Below, in pieces: positions 31,428 to 40,752 of a stretch of 64,000 bases of DNA (positions are counted from its first letter, which is position 1; each line of letters begins with the position of its first letter). This DNA comes from Alphaproteobacteria bacterium. GTDB lineage: Bacteria > Pseudomonadota > Alphaproteobacteria > Micavibrionales > UBA2020. The stretch is taken from NCBI GenBank assembly GCA_025934695.1, contig JAICWS010000002.1, positions 770,230-834,229 of the forward strand, written 5' to 3'. Position numbers and translations under genes: made by a program. A model generated the notes under the pieces. That model searched no databases, had not been told where the DNA came from, and worked only from the letters and a program-made list of their open reading frames with translations.

Positions 31428-32318
31428 ATGGCCGATATCGCCACATATAGCGCACCTGCCGCATCTTCCGCGAAAGTGGGCGACTTCATCGAATTGCTGA
31501 AGCCGCGCGTCATGACGCTCGTGGTGTTTTCGGGCCTCGCGGGCGTCGTGCTGGCGCCCGGCCACCTGCATCCGTTCCTCGCTTTCGTGGCGGTCCTGTG
31601 CATCGCGGTCGGCGCGGGAGCCTCGGGTGCCATCAACATGTGGTACGAGCGCGACATCGACGCCATCATGAACCGCACGCGCGGCCGTCCGCTGCCCTCG
31701 GGCCGCGTCGATCCGGCGGAAGCGCTGGCCTTCGGCGGCGTGCTGACACTGCTGTCCGTCGGTCTCATGGGGGTCGCGCTCAACTGGACAGCGGCGGCGC
31801 TGCTCGCCTTCGCGTCGTTCTTTTATGTGTTCATCTACACGATCTGGCTCAAGCGCATCACGCCGCAGAACATCGTGATCGGGGGCGCCGCCGGCGCATT
31901 CCCGCCGATGATCGGCTGGGCGGCGGTGACGGGCCAGGTTTCCATCGAATCCATCGTGCTGTTCACGCTTATCTTCCTCTGGACGCCGCCGCACTTCTGG
32001 GCGCTGGCCCTCTACCGCAACGAGGATTACAAGCGCGCCAACATCCCCATGCTGCCCGTGGTGGCCGGCGAGCGCGAAACCAAGAAGCAGATGATCATCT
32101 ACACGCTGTTGCTGACGCCTTTCGCGCTGGCGCCCTATTTCATGCATATCGCAGGCGCCGCTTATCTTGGGCTCGCGGGGCTCCTGCAGGCGCTGTTCGT
32201 CATCAGCGCGCTTAAAGTATGGACCGACAAGACCCACAAGTTCGCCCGGATCATGTTTGGCTACTCGATTTTCTACCTCTTCGCGCTGTTCGCGCTCATG
32301 ATGTTCGACAAGGTGTAA
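31428..32318 (+). CDS. ctaB: Protoheme IX farnesyltransferase (heme O synthase)
   Basis: UbiA-family polytopic protein. Motifs NMWYERDIDAIMNRT, and FLWTPPHFWALAL. ATG 31428 preferred over the track's TTG 31425. Confidence 0.95.
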   Translation: MADIATYSAPAASSAKVGDFIELLKPRVMTLVVFSGLAGVVLAPGHLHPFLAFVAVLCIAVGAGASGAINMWYERDIDAIMNRTRGRPLPSGRVDPAEALAFGGVLTLLSVGLMGVALNWTAAALLAFASFFYVFIYTIWLKRITPQNIVIGGAAGAFPPMIGWAAVTGQVSIESIVLFTLIFLWTPPHFWALALYRNEDYKRANIPMLPVVAGERETKKQMIIYTLLLTPFALAPYFMHIAGAAYLGLAGLLQALFVISALKVWTDKTHKFARIMFGYSIFYLFALFALMMFDKV

Positions 32319-32322
32319 AAAA

Positions 32323-32442
32323 ATGCCCCACGCAGAAGTTCACGAAAGAAAGAAAAGCCGGAACTACGCGGTGCTCTTCGCGCTGCTCGGTTTCGTCGCG
32401 ACGGTCTTCGCCGTCAGCATCATCCGCATGAAAGGCGGCTGA
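32323..32442 (+). CDS. 39-aa single-pass membrane protein between ctaB and ctaG (CoxF-like small ORF; not in the track)
   Basis: Product is MPHAEVHERKKSRNYAVLFALLGFVATVFAVSIIRMKGG. It sits 4 nt after the ctaB stop and 7 nt before ctaG. A small ORF at this position is common in alphaproteobacterial cox clusters. Confidence 0.55.
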   Translation: MPHAEVHERKKSRNYAVLFALLGFVATVFAVSIIRMKGG

Positions 32443-32449
32443 AGAGCCC

Positions 32450-33052
32450 ATGCAGGACGTGCAGGCAAAGAACAGGAAGGTCATGGCCGCGATGCTCTCG
32501 TTCGCGGGCGTCATGATCCTCGTGTCGTTCCTGTCCGTCCCGCTTTACCGCCTGACCTGCAAGGTCACCGGCTGGGAGGGCACAACGCAGAAGGCGGCGG
32601 CAAATACATCGCGCACCGTCATCAATCACGTGATGGAAATCCGCTTCAACACCGACACGGCGACCGATATGCCCTGGACCTTCCATGCCGAACAGGGGCC
32701 GGTCGAGGTGAAGGCGGGGGCCGACAAGCTCGTTTCCTTCTCCGCCGAGAACAATTCTGACGAGCCCATCACCGGCACCGCCGTCTACAACGTGACGCCG
32801 CTCGAGGCGGGCAAGTATTTCTTCAAGACTCAGTGCTTCTGCTTCTCCAAGCAGGTCCTGCAGCCGCACCAGAAGGTGCATATGCCGGTGTCCTTCTACG
32901 TCGACCCGAAGATCGCGGACGACCCGGACCTGAAGGACCTCAAGACGATCACGCTTTCCTACACCTTCTTCCGCGCGGAATCGCCGGCGCTGGAGCAGGC
33001 GACTCAAAAATTCTATAACGACCATAGCGCAAAACAGGCAAAAGCAAACTAA
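32450..33052 (+). CDS. ctaG: Cytochrome c oxidase assembly protein CtaG/Cox11
   Basis: N-terminal TM anchor and the Cu-binding TQCFCFSKQ motif. Confidence 0.95.
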   Translation: MQDVQAKNRKVMAAMLSFAGVMILVSFLSVPLYRLTCKVTGWEGTTQKAAANTSRTVINHVMEIRFNTDTATDMPWTFHAEQGPVEVKAGADKLVSFSAENNSDEPITGTAVYNVTPLEAGKYFFKTQCFCFSKQVLQPHQKVHMPVSFYVDPKIADDPDLKDLKTITLSYTFFRAESPALEQATQKFYNDHSAKQAKAN

Positions 33053-33062
33053 GGGGAGCCCC

Positions 33063-33920
33063 ATGGCAGAGACACCCACCTTCGACCTCAAGAACGGCAA
33101 ACCGCAGCCGTTCCACCTCGTCCGGCCCAGCGTCTGGCCGCTTCTGGGCGCCATCGCCGCGGGGATCCTGACCTCGGGCACGGTCATGTATATGCACAAC
33201 ATCAAAATCGGCGACGTGCCGGTCGGCTTCAAGGGCATCATCCTGGGCTTCCTCGGCGTGCTGGCGACGATGTGGGTATGGTGGAAGGACGTCATCAAGG
33301 AAGCGGTCGTCGAAAAGGCGCATTCGCCCATCGTCAAGATCGGCTTCCGCTACGGCATGGCCCTGTTCATCTCGTCCGAGGTCATGTTCTTCGTGGCCTT
33401 CTTCTGGGCCTTCTTCGCCTCCTCGCTGTTCCCGAAAGAGGCGATCGGCTTCGTCTGGCCGCCCGCGAACGTGCATGCGATCCATCCGTTCGAGCTGCCG
33501 TTCCTCATGACCATGCTGCTGCTCCTCTCGGGCTGCACGGTCACTTGGGCGCACCATGCGATCATCGAGGGCAAACAGCAGGAGGCCACCAAGGCGCTCT
33601 TTATCACCGTCGTCCTTGGCGTCCTGTTCACCTGCTTCCAGGCGTTCGAGTATTACCACGCAACCTTCCGCTTCTCCTCGGCCAACGGCGGCAACATCTA
33701 TTCCTCGGCCTTCTATATGGCGACGGGGTTCCACGGCTTCCACGTGCTGGTCGGCTCGATCTTCCTGATCGTCTGCCTGTTCCGCAACATGAAGGGCCAC
33801 TTCACGCCGACCAGCCACTTCGGCTTCGAGGCGGCAGCTTGGTACTGGCACTTCGTTGACGTGGTATGGCTGTTCCTGTTCACCGCCATCTACTGGTGGG
33901 GCAACGGCCTCGGCCACTAA
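33063..33920 (+). CDS. ctaE: Cytochrome c oxidase subunit III
   Basis: 285 aa, 7 TM. Motifs FFWAFF, FYMATGFHGFHVLVG and WYWHFVDVVWLFLF. Confidence 0.97.
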   Translation: MAETPTFDLKNGKPQPFHLVRPSVWPLLGAIAAGILTSGTVMYMHNIKIGDVPVGFKGIILGFLGVLATMWVWWKDVIKEAVVEKAHSPIVKIGFRYGMALFISSEVMFFVAFFWAFFASSLFPKEAIGFVWPPANVHAIHPFELPFLMTMLLLLSGCTVTWAHHAIIEGKQQEATKALFITVVLGVLFTCFQAFEYYHATFRFSSANGGNIYSSAFYMATGFHGFHVLVGSIFLIVCLFRNMKGHFTPTSHFGFEAAAWYWHFVDVVWLFLFTAIYWWGNGLGH

Positions 33921-33922
33921 AG

Positions 33923-34264
33923 GTGTCGCTGCCCGACGATATCGCTTTCAGCCTTCATCCGCGCTGTCCGGTCTGCCGCAAGGGCCGCCTGTTCAAGCCA
34001 TGGTCGATCAGCGTTGTCGACAAATGCGCAGAATGCGGCGCGAACCTCGGCGCTCATGACGTGGGCGACGGCGCTTCCGTGTTCCTGATCTTCCTGCTGG
34101 GCGCGACGCTGGTGCCTTCCGCCTGGTTCTTCGACAAGGCCTTTTCCCCGCCGCTCTGGGTGCATGCAATCTTGTGGACGGTCGTGGGGCTTTGCATCAT
34201 CGCGCTCGTGCTGCCCGCCGTGAAGGCTTATATCATCCTGCTGGAATTCCGTCACCGGAAGTAG
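33923..34264 (+). CDS. DUF983 membrane protein
   Basis: GTG 33923, just after the ctaE stop. Zinc-ribbon-like CPVCRKGRLF...CAECG followed by two TM helices. This is the usual neighbour of ctaE in alphaproteobacteria. Confidence 0.85.
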   Translation: MSLPDDIAFSLHPRCPVCRKGRLFKPWSISVVDKCAECGANLGAHDVGDGASVFLIFLLGATLVPSAWFFDKAFSPPLWVHAILWTVVGLCIIALVLPAVKAYIILLEFRHRK

Positions 34265-34272
34265 GGCGGAAG

Positions 34273-35115
34273 TTACTTCTTCAACGCGAAGGGCATGATC
34301 GGCGCCGCCGTCTCGGCCATATTGACTGCCGCGCGCAGGACGAGGTTTTCGGTTTTTTCCATCAACGTAGGATTGCGGGCGTAAGACGGATCTGCGTTGA
34401 ACTTCGCCATGACCTTATCGAGGTCCGCGTCATGCTGCGCCTGCGCGGCCGCGTCCTTCTTGCGCTGATCGTTTACCTGGTCGGCATATTTCTTCGTGAA
34501 GTGGGCCTGGCCTTCGCTGTCGAAAGCGACGGTGCCTGACGCCTCGGCCGTCCTGACCTGCAGCGACGTGGGTTCTTTCTCCCGCATTTGTGTCAGCATT
34601 TTCAGCTGCGCGCCGCCGAAAAAGCTCTTGTCGAGACCTTCGGGCGTGGCGTCCGGCAGCGGCGGATCCGGATGTGCCCTGCGCTGCTTCGACAGGTAAT
34701 TGTCGGCCACCATGTCCGCCTGCTGCTCGAGGTTATAATCGAGCAGGTCCTTTTTCGGATCCGGCGTGTAGTCGTAGGCCGAGGTGTAGCAAAAGCCGGA
34801 TTTGAATTCTTCCTTGACCGCCGCAATCCGCGGGTTGAGGACATTGTTCTGGTACTGCCAGATATGCGTCATTTCATGGACGAAACGATGCACGTCGCCC
34901 TTGGAAAAATCGTCGCTGTAACTGTCCGCGCCACAATACATCTCGCCGTTGGGCGTGACTGTCGTGTCCTTCGACTGGAACATATTGCTGGTGTCGTTGT
35001 GGATGCGTACCTTGGAATAGTCGATGGAACCGCCGAAGACGGAGCGGGCAATCTCCAGCTCTCCGGGCGTCAGGCCGCGGCTTTGGCCTTTCGGCAGTTT
35101 CGGCGTGTCATCCAT
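34273..35115 (-). CDS. HExxH metallopeptidase-like protein ('vgr-related protein' type), long form
   Basis: 280 aa with no signal peptide. N-terminal LTPGELEIARSVFGGSIDYSKVRIH, zinc motif FVHEMTHIWQYQN, then DLLDYNLEQQA. Carries an extra C-terminal region relative to its paralogue. Confidence 0.8.
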   Translation of the reverse strand: MDDTPKLPKGQSRGLTPGELEIARSVFGGSIDYSKVRIHNDTSNMFQSKDTTVTPNGEMYCGADSYSDDFSKGDVHRFVHEMTHIWQYQNNVLNPRIAAVKEEFKSGFCYTSAYDYTPDPKKDLLDYNLEQQADMVADNYLSKQRRAHPDPPLPDATPEGLDKSFFGGAQLKMLTQMREKEPTSLQVRTAEASGTVAFDSEGQAHFTKKYADQVNDQRKKDAAAQAQHDADLDKVMAKFNADPSYARNPTLMEKTENLVLRAAVNMAETAAPIMPFALKK

Positions 35116-35233
35116 TCCCGATATCCCATTCGTAACCCTAGAAATATATTACCATAACTTGCAAAAGATTCCGACTGCCGCCTTAAAACGCCAAGCATTT
35201 CAAGCAGCAGCGGATGGCTTCTGCGGGAAAATA

Positions 35234-35818
35234 TCAGGCGGCTTTGGGCGGCTTCGGCTTGCCGAGGCCAAAGGCGGGGAAGGCGGTGCGTTTCGCATAG
35301 GCCGGATCGGCCAGGAATTTTTCCAGCACCTTTTCGTAGAGCCGGAGCTTTTCGACATCATCACAGGGATTATAGCAGCGGTCCCAGACCGAGGTGCCGC
35401 GGTCCTTCAGCACGAAGTAATCCTGAACAATGGTCGCCTGCTGCTCCATGTTGTAGTCGAGCAGGTCCTTTTTATCGTCCAGCACGTAATTGTAGGCGGC
35501 GGCGTAGTCGAACTTGTGCTTCACCGCCAGTTTCGCGGCCGTCGCAATGGGGTTCAGCACCTTGTTCTGGTACTGCCAGACATGGGTCATTTCATGCAGG
35601 AAAGTACCCTGCCACAGCGTGTCTTCCGTGCTGTAATCCGTTTTGTAGCAGCCCGGCATGAAGAGGCTGCCGTTCGGCGCCATGGCCGTGCCCTCGGGCA
35701 GAAACGGAATTCCCATGAATTTCTGATCCGAGACAGTAACTGTCGCGTAGTCGATGGAATCCGCAAAAATCGTGCGCGCGAGCGCGATTTCGCCTTTGGT
35801 CAAAGGACGCGAGACCAT
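35234..35818 (-). CDS. HExxH metallopeptidase-like protein ('vgr-related protein' type), short form
   Basis: 194 aa. Motifs LTKGEIALARTIFADSIDYATVTV, FLHEMTHVWQYQN and DLLDYNMEQQA. Colinear with 34273-35115 over its N-terminal ~130 aa; the shared ADP(S/A)YA(R/K) motif sits near the C-terminal end of both proteins. Confidence 0.8.
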   Translation of the reverse strand: MVSRPLTKGEIALARTIFADSIDYATVTVSDQKFMGIPFLPEGTAMAPNGSLFMPGCYKTDYSTEDTLWQGTFLHEMTHVWQYQNKVLNPIATAAKLAVKHKFDYAAAYNYVLDDKKDLLDYNMEQQATIVQDYFVLKDRGTSVWDRCYNPCDDVEKLRLYEKVLEKFLADPAYAKRTAFPAFGLGKPKPPKAA

Positions 35819-35915
35819 GGAGCCTCTTCTGTAAATTATGTATAAAGATTGCTATTCCTTCTTGCCGAACAAAGTTACTATAATCAAGCAAAATTTATCC
35901 GAGGTTTTCAAAGCC

Positions 35916-36647
35916 ATGGCGGCGAGAAAATTCCGTCCTACCCTGCTTTCCAGTCTCATCACTTTTGCGCTTTTCGGCGTCATGATCTGGCTCGGTACCT
36001 GGCAGGTGCACCGCATGCACTGGAAAGAAAGCATGCTGGCCCAGATCAATGAAAATATGGCCCGCAAGCCGGTGCCGATGCCCGAGAAGATCGACAATCC
36101 GGAGGACTGGAAGTTCCGGCGGGTGACGCTGGCGGGTTCGTTCGACTACAGCCACGAAATGCTCGTGAAGCCGCGCACCCTGGACGGTGCAGTGGGTTAT
36201 GACATGGTGGTGCCCTTTATTCGCGCTTCCGGCGGCACGGTGCTGGTCGACCGGGGCTGGATTTCCGACGCGCTGATGGACAAGGCCAGCCGCCCCGACC
36301 ACGGCATGATGCAGATCGAAGGCGTCCTGCGCACGCCGGAAAAGCCCAGCTTCTTCACGCCCGACAACAACCCCGCCAAGAAGGACTGGTTCTGGACCGA
36401 CGTCAAAGGCATGGCGGATGCCGCGGGTCTGGAGGATGTCGCACCGATGGTTCTCTATATCTCGGCCAAGCAGCCCGGCGTCTACCCCGTCGGCGGCCGC
36501 GTGCAGGGCCTCCAGGTCGCCATTCTTCCGAACGACCACAAGCAATATGCGATTTTTTGGTTCGGCATGTCCTTCGTGCTGCTGATCGTCTGGTTTTTGT
36601 CGCATCTTGAACGCGCGTCTTTAGAGGAAAAACATGCAAGCCTATAA
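35916..36647 (+). CDS. SURF1 family cytochrome oxidase biogenesis protein
   Basis: Start placed at MAARKFRPTLL. Motifs LGTWQVHRMHWKESML, and a C-terminal TM helix after HKQYAIFWFGMS. Confidence 0.9.
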   Translation: MAARKFRPTLLSSLITFALFGVMIWLGTWQVHRMHWKESMLAQINENMARKPVPMPEKIDNPEDWKFRRVTLAGSFDYSHEMLVKPRTLDGAVGYDMVVPFIRASGGTVLVDRGWISDALMDKASRPDHGMMQIEGVLRTPEKPSFFTPDNNPAKKDWFWTDVKGMADAAGLEDVAPMVLYISAKQPGVYPVGGRVQGLQVAILPNDHKQYAIFWFGMSFVLLIVWFLSHLERASLEEKHASL

Positions 36648-38175
36648 GCAGCTCGAGGAACGTTTCGGGCGTTTAACCGCCTTGCGCGAGATTTCCAGCT
36701 TCCTGTCCTGGGACCGCTCGGTGCTGATGCCCGAAAAGGGCGTGGATCAGCGCGCGCGCCAGATGGAAATTTTAAGCGTCCTTATCCACGACCTGCAGAC
36801 GGCGGACGAGGTCGGCGAATGGCTGGCCCAGGTCGACCGCAAGAAGCTGGGCGACTGGCAGCGCGCCAACATCGACGTGATGGAATGGCTTTATAACCAT
36901 GCCACCGCCGTTCCGGCTGCGCTCGTCGCGAAGAAAATGAACCAGGAGACGAGGACGGAAGTCCTCTGGCGCCAGGCGCGGGCGGAAAGCAATTTCGCCA
37001 TGGTGCGGGACGAACTCGCGCGCCTGCTCGACATCGTGCGCGAGCACGCGGAAGTGAAGGGCAAAAAGCTGAAGAAGCCCGCTTACGACGCGCTGATGGA
37101 CAGTTACGTTCCCCACATGACGTCGCTGGAAGTCGACGCCGTTTTCGACGATGTCGCCGCATTCATCCCGGGCTTCCTCACAGCCGCCCTTGAATACCAG
37201 AAAGAGCCTCTGCCGATCAAAGGGCCGTATCCCAGGGACCGGCAGGAACAGCTGGGCCGCGATCTTTGCGGCACCCTCGGCTTCGACTTCAAGTGGGGAA
37301 GGCTCGACACCTCGACTCACCCCTTCAGCATGGGCATCGGCGACGATGTGCGCATCACGACGCGTTACAACGAGGATGAATTCATCACCGCCATGCAGGC
37401 GGTCGCGCATGAGGCGGGCCATGGTTTTTACGACCGGCATACCCCGAAGGAATGGCACCAGCAGCCCGTGGGCGCAAGCCAGAACATGGGCATGGGCATC
37501 CATGAATCCCAGTCTTTGAGCATCGACATGCAGCTCTACCGCAGCCGCGATTTCTGGGAGTTTTTCGCGCCGCGGGTGCAGAAAATCCTGGGCAAGTCCG
37601 GCGCCGAATATTCGGCCGAAAACCTCTATCGCCACGCGACGCGCGCCAGGCGCGGCTTTATCCGCGTCGAGGCGGACGAAATCACCTATCCCGCCCACGT
37701 GATCCTGCGCTACCGGCTCGAGAAGAAGATGGTCGAGGGCAAGCTCGAGGTCAAAGACCTGCCGGAGGCCTGGAACGCGGCGATGAAAGAACTCATCGGC
37801 GCCGTGCCGCCCAACGACAAACTGGGCTGCCTGCAGGACATCCATTGGTATTCAGGCGCCTTCGGCTATTTCCCGTCTTACGCGCTGGGCGCGATCATCG
37901 CGGCGCAACTGGTCGACAAGATGAAGCGCGATATTCCGGATGTCATGGCGCAGGTGCGGCAGGGGAACATCGCGCCTTATACCGGCTGGCTGCGCGACAA
38001 TGTGCAGGCGAAGGGTTGCCTCTACCGGCCGCAGGAACTCATTGAAAAGGCGACCGGCGCGAAAATGTCGACGCATTTCTTCAAGAAGCACCTGACCGAG
38101 CGTTATCTTGAAAAAGCCTATGGGGGTGAGGCGTGCTCAGATACATCAGCACCCGGGGCCAAGCGCCGCGCTTAG
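36634..38175 (+). CDS. M32 family carboxypeptidase (Taq-like)
   Basis: 513 aa. Zinc motif HEAGHGFYD, plus GIHESQS and DIHWYSGAFGYFPSY. Overlaps the SURF1 end by 14 nt. Confidence 0.92.
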   Translation: MQAYKQLEERFGRLTALREISSFLSWDRSVLMPEKGVDQRARQMEILSVLIHDLQTADEVGEWLAQVDRKKLGDWQRANIDVMEWLYNHATAVPAALVAKKMNQETRTEVLWRQARAESNFAMVRDELARLLDIVREHAEVKGKKLKKPAYDALMDSYVPHMTSLEVDAVFDDVAAFIPGFLTAALEYQKEPLPIKGPYPRDRQEQLGRDLCGTLGFDFKWGRLDTSTHPFSMGIGDDVRITTRYNEDEFITAMQAVAHEAGHGFYDRHTPKEWHQQPVGASQNMGMGIHESQSLSIDMQLYRSRDFWEFFAPRVQKILGKSGAEYSAENLYRHATRARRGFIRVEADEITYPAHVILRYRLEKKMVEGKLEVKDLPEAWNAAMKELIGAVPPNDKLGCLQDIHWYSGAFGYFPSYALGAIIAAQLVDKMKRDIPDVMAQVRQGNIAPYTGWLRDNVQAKGCLYRPQELIEKATGAKMSTHFFKKHLTERYLEKAYGGEACSDTSAPGAKRRA

Positions 38176-39542
38176 GTTTCGCCGATACGACGCTCGCGGG
38201 CCTCGCCTCCGACGGCGGGCTCTATGTGCCCGAAGCCTGCCCGAAGATCGAGCCCGGCGAAATCGGCAATATGGCGAACCAGAATTATCTCGAAATCGCC
38301 TGGCGCGTGATGCTGCCCTTCGTCTCCGAGGACCTGAGTTCGGAAGACCTCCTCAGGCTTTTGAAAGCATCCTATAAAAATTTCGACACCAAGGACATCG
38401 CGCCGCTCAAAGAGCTCGAAGATAATCTGCATGTGCTGGAGCTGTTCCACGGCCCGACGCTCGCCTTCAAGGATGTGGCGTTGCAATTCCTGGGCAACGT
38501 CTTCGACCATTTCCTGAAAATCCGCAAAGAAAAAGTCACCATCGTCGGCGCGACGTCGGGCGATACGGGCTCGGCCGCAATCGAGGCGTTCCGCGGCAAG
38601 CCCAATGTGAACATCTTCATCTTCCATCCGCACAAGCGCGTCTCCGACGTGCAGCGGCGGCAGATGACGACGGTCCAGGATTCCAATGTTTTCAACGTCG
38701 CCATCGACGGCAGTTTCGACGATTGCCAGGACCTGGTGAAGGCGATGTTCAACGACGCGAAATTCCGCGCCGAAATGAAGCTTTCCGCCATAAATTCAAT
38801 TAATTGGGCCCGGATTCTGGCGCAAACCGTATACTATATATATGCAGGCGCGAAACTGCATGACAAAACCGGCAAAGACGTGACCTTCTGCGTGCCCACA
38901 GGGAACTTCGGGAACGTCTATGCGGGCTATGTCGCGCAGTCGATGGGGCTGCCGGTGGAACGGCTGCTCGTCGCCACCAACCGCAACGACATTCTCCACC
39001 GTTTTTTCGTCAGCGGGAAGATGAAGACCGAGGGCGTCGTGCCGACCATCAGCCCCAGCATGGATATCCAGATTTCGAGCAATTTCGAACGCCTGCTGTT
39101 CGACATGTTCGGGCGCATGCCCAAGGCGGTCGCGCAGACCATGGAGCATTTTCGCAAGGACGGCCCGTTCAAGATGGACGACAAGGTCATGGAAGGCGTG
39201 CGCAAGCTGTTCGCGAGCGGACGCATGGACGACGCGCAGACGAGCGAGGTGATCAAGCGCACCTGGCAGAAATACGGCTATCTCGTCGATCCGCACACGG
39301 CGGTGGGCCTCGGCGTCGCGCAGGCCTATCTGGCCGAAAATCCGAAGAGCACAGTCATCTCGCTCGCTACCGCCCATCCGGCCAAATTCCCTGACGCGGT
39401 GAAGCGCGCCTCGGGCGTCGATCCGCAATTGCCCGAGAGGCTTGCGGACCTTCACAAACGGCCCGAAAAGTACGAGGTCATGGCAAACGACCTCGCGAAA
39501 GTGCAGGATTTTGTCAGAAGCGGGGTGAAGCATGCCGGTTAA
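38133..39542 (+). CDS. thrC: Threonine synthase
   Basis: GTG start giving the canonical MLRYISTRGQ N-terminus. PLP-lysine motif HGPTLAFKDVALQ. The start overlaps the M32 gene end by 43 nt. Confidence 0.95.
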   Translation: MLRYISTRGQAPRLGFADTTLAGLASDGGLYVPEACPKIEPGEIGNMANQNYLEIAWRVMLPFVSEDLSSEDLLRLLKASYKNFDTKDIAPLKELEDNLHVLELFHGPTLAFKDVALQFLGNVFDHFLKIRKEKVTIVGATSGDTGSAAIEAFRGKPNVNIFIFHPHKRVSDVQRRQMTTVQDSNVFNVAIDGSFDDCQDLVKAMFNDAKFRAEMKLSAINSINWARILAQTVYYIYAGAKLHDKTGKDVTFCVPTGNFGNVYAGYVAQSMGLPVERLLVATNRNDILHRFFVSGKMKTEGVVPTISPSMDIQISSNFERLLFDMFGRMPKAVAQTMEHFRKDGPFKMDDKVMEGVRKLFASGRMDDAQTSEVIKRTWQKYGYLVDPHTAVGLGVAQAYLAENPKSTVISLATAHPAKFPDAVKRASGVDPQLPERLADLHKRPEKYEVMANDLAKVQDFVRSGVKHAG

Positions 39543-39549
39543 CTTCCAT

Positions 39550-39635
39550 ACGTCATTCCCGCGGAAGGGGGGACCCCGTGACGTTACAAGAGCAGGCTCC
39601 TTACTGAACGAGATTCCCGCTTGCGCGGGAATGAC
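39550..39635. repeat. Intergenic palindromic element of the GTCATTCC...GGAATGAC family
   Basis: GTCATTCCCGC (39552-39562) is the exact inverted copy of GCGGGAATGAC (39625-39635). A local hairpin ATTCCCGC-ttgc-GCGGGAAT lies at 39613-39632, and ACGTCA...TGACGT at 39550-39584. Confidence 0.55.
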
Positions 39636-39656
39636 AAAGAAAGGAAGACGGGGCGC

Positions 39657-40748
39657 ATGAATGTCTATCCCTTCCTTCGCCCCATCCTTATGTCGATGGA
39701 CGCCGAAAAGGCGCATCGCCTGACGATTAGCCTGCTGAAGACCGGCCTTGGCCCGCGCTATGCATGCGCCGATCCCGCGCTGTCATGCAAGGTTTTCGGC
39801 ATCGAGTTCAAAAACCCGCTCGGCCTTGCCGCCGGTTTCGACAAGGATGCCGAAGTAATTGCGCCGCTTTTTCACATGGGTTTCGGCTTCGTCGAGGCGG
39901 GAACGGTCACGCCCAGGCCGCAGCCGGGCAATCCGAAACCGCGCGTGTTCCGCGATGCGGGCAATAAGTCGGTCATCAACCGCATGGGCTTTCCGGGCAA
40001 GGGTCTCGATTATTTCGCCGGCAATGTCGCGGCCTACCGGCAGGGTCACGGCAAGGGGCAGGACGTCCTCGGCGCCAATATCGGCATCAACAAGGACGCA
40101 CCGTCGCCCGTGGACGACTACCGTGACGGCATTGCCCGCCTGGCGCCCGCGGCCGACTACATCACGGTGAACGTGTCCTCGCCCAACACGGCGGGCCTGC
40201 GCGACCTGCAGCGGCGCGACGAGCTCGACCGTCTGCTCGAGGCGCTGATGGAGGAGCGTAACCGCCAGCCCGTGAAGCCGCCCCTGCTTCTGAAAGTGGC
40301 GCCCGACCTCGATTCCGCCCAGCGGGCCGCCATTGCCGAGCTGGCCCTGCGGCATCGCATCGACGGGCTGATCGTCTCCAATACGACCTTGGCGCGCCCC
40401 GCGGCGCTGGCGCCTGCGCTGAAGGAAGAAAAAGGCGGGTTGAGCGGTCAATTGCTGAAGGATCTCGCGACGGATGTCATCGGCGACTTTTACCGGCTGA
40501 CAGAGGGCAACTTGCCGATCGTGGGCGCGGGCGGCATCGGCGGGCCGGAAGATGCCTATGCGAAGATCTGCGCCGGTGCGTCGCTGGTGCAGGTCTATAC
40601 CGGCCTCGTGTTCGAAGGCCCAAGCCTCGTGCCGCGCATACTCGAGGGCCTTGCGGCGCTGTTGAAAAAGGACGGTTTCTCGCATGTTGCGGAAGCCGTG
40701 GGGGCCGCACATGCGTATGGCCAGCGCGCCGCGAAAGCAGTAAGGTGA
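39657..40748 (+). CDS. pyrD: Dihydroorotate dehydrogenase (quinone), class 2
   Basis: Start placed at MNVYPFLRPIL. Motifs NPLGLAAGFDKD, NRMGFPG, SSPNTAGLRDLQ and GAGGI. Confidence 0.95.
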   Translation: MNVYPFLRPILMSMDAEKAHRLTISLLKTGLGPRYACADPALSCKVFGIEFKNPLGLAAGFDKDAEVIAPLFHMGFGFVEAGTVTPRPQPGNPKPRVFRDAGNKSVINRMGFPGKGLDYFAGNVAAYRQGHGKGQDVLGANIGINKDAPSPVDDYRDGIARLAPAADYITVNVSSPNTAGLRDLQRRDELDRLLEALMEERNRQPVKPPLLLKVAPDLDSAQRAAIAELALRHRIDGLIVSNTTLARPAALAPALKEEKGGLSGQLLKDLATDVIGDFYRLTEGNLPIVGAGGIGGPEDAYAKICAGASLVQVYTGLVFEGPSLVPRILEGLAALLKKDGFSHVAEAVGAAHAYGQRAAKAVR

Positions 40749-40752
40749 AAAC

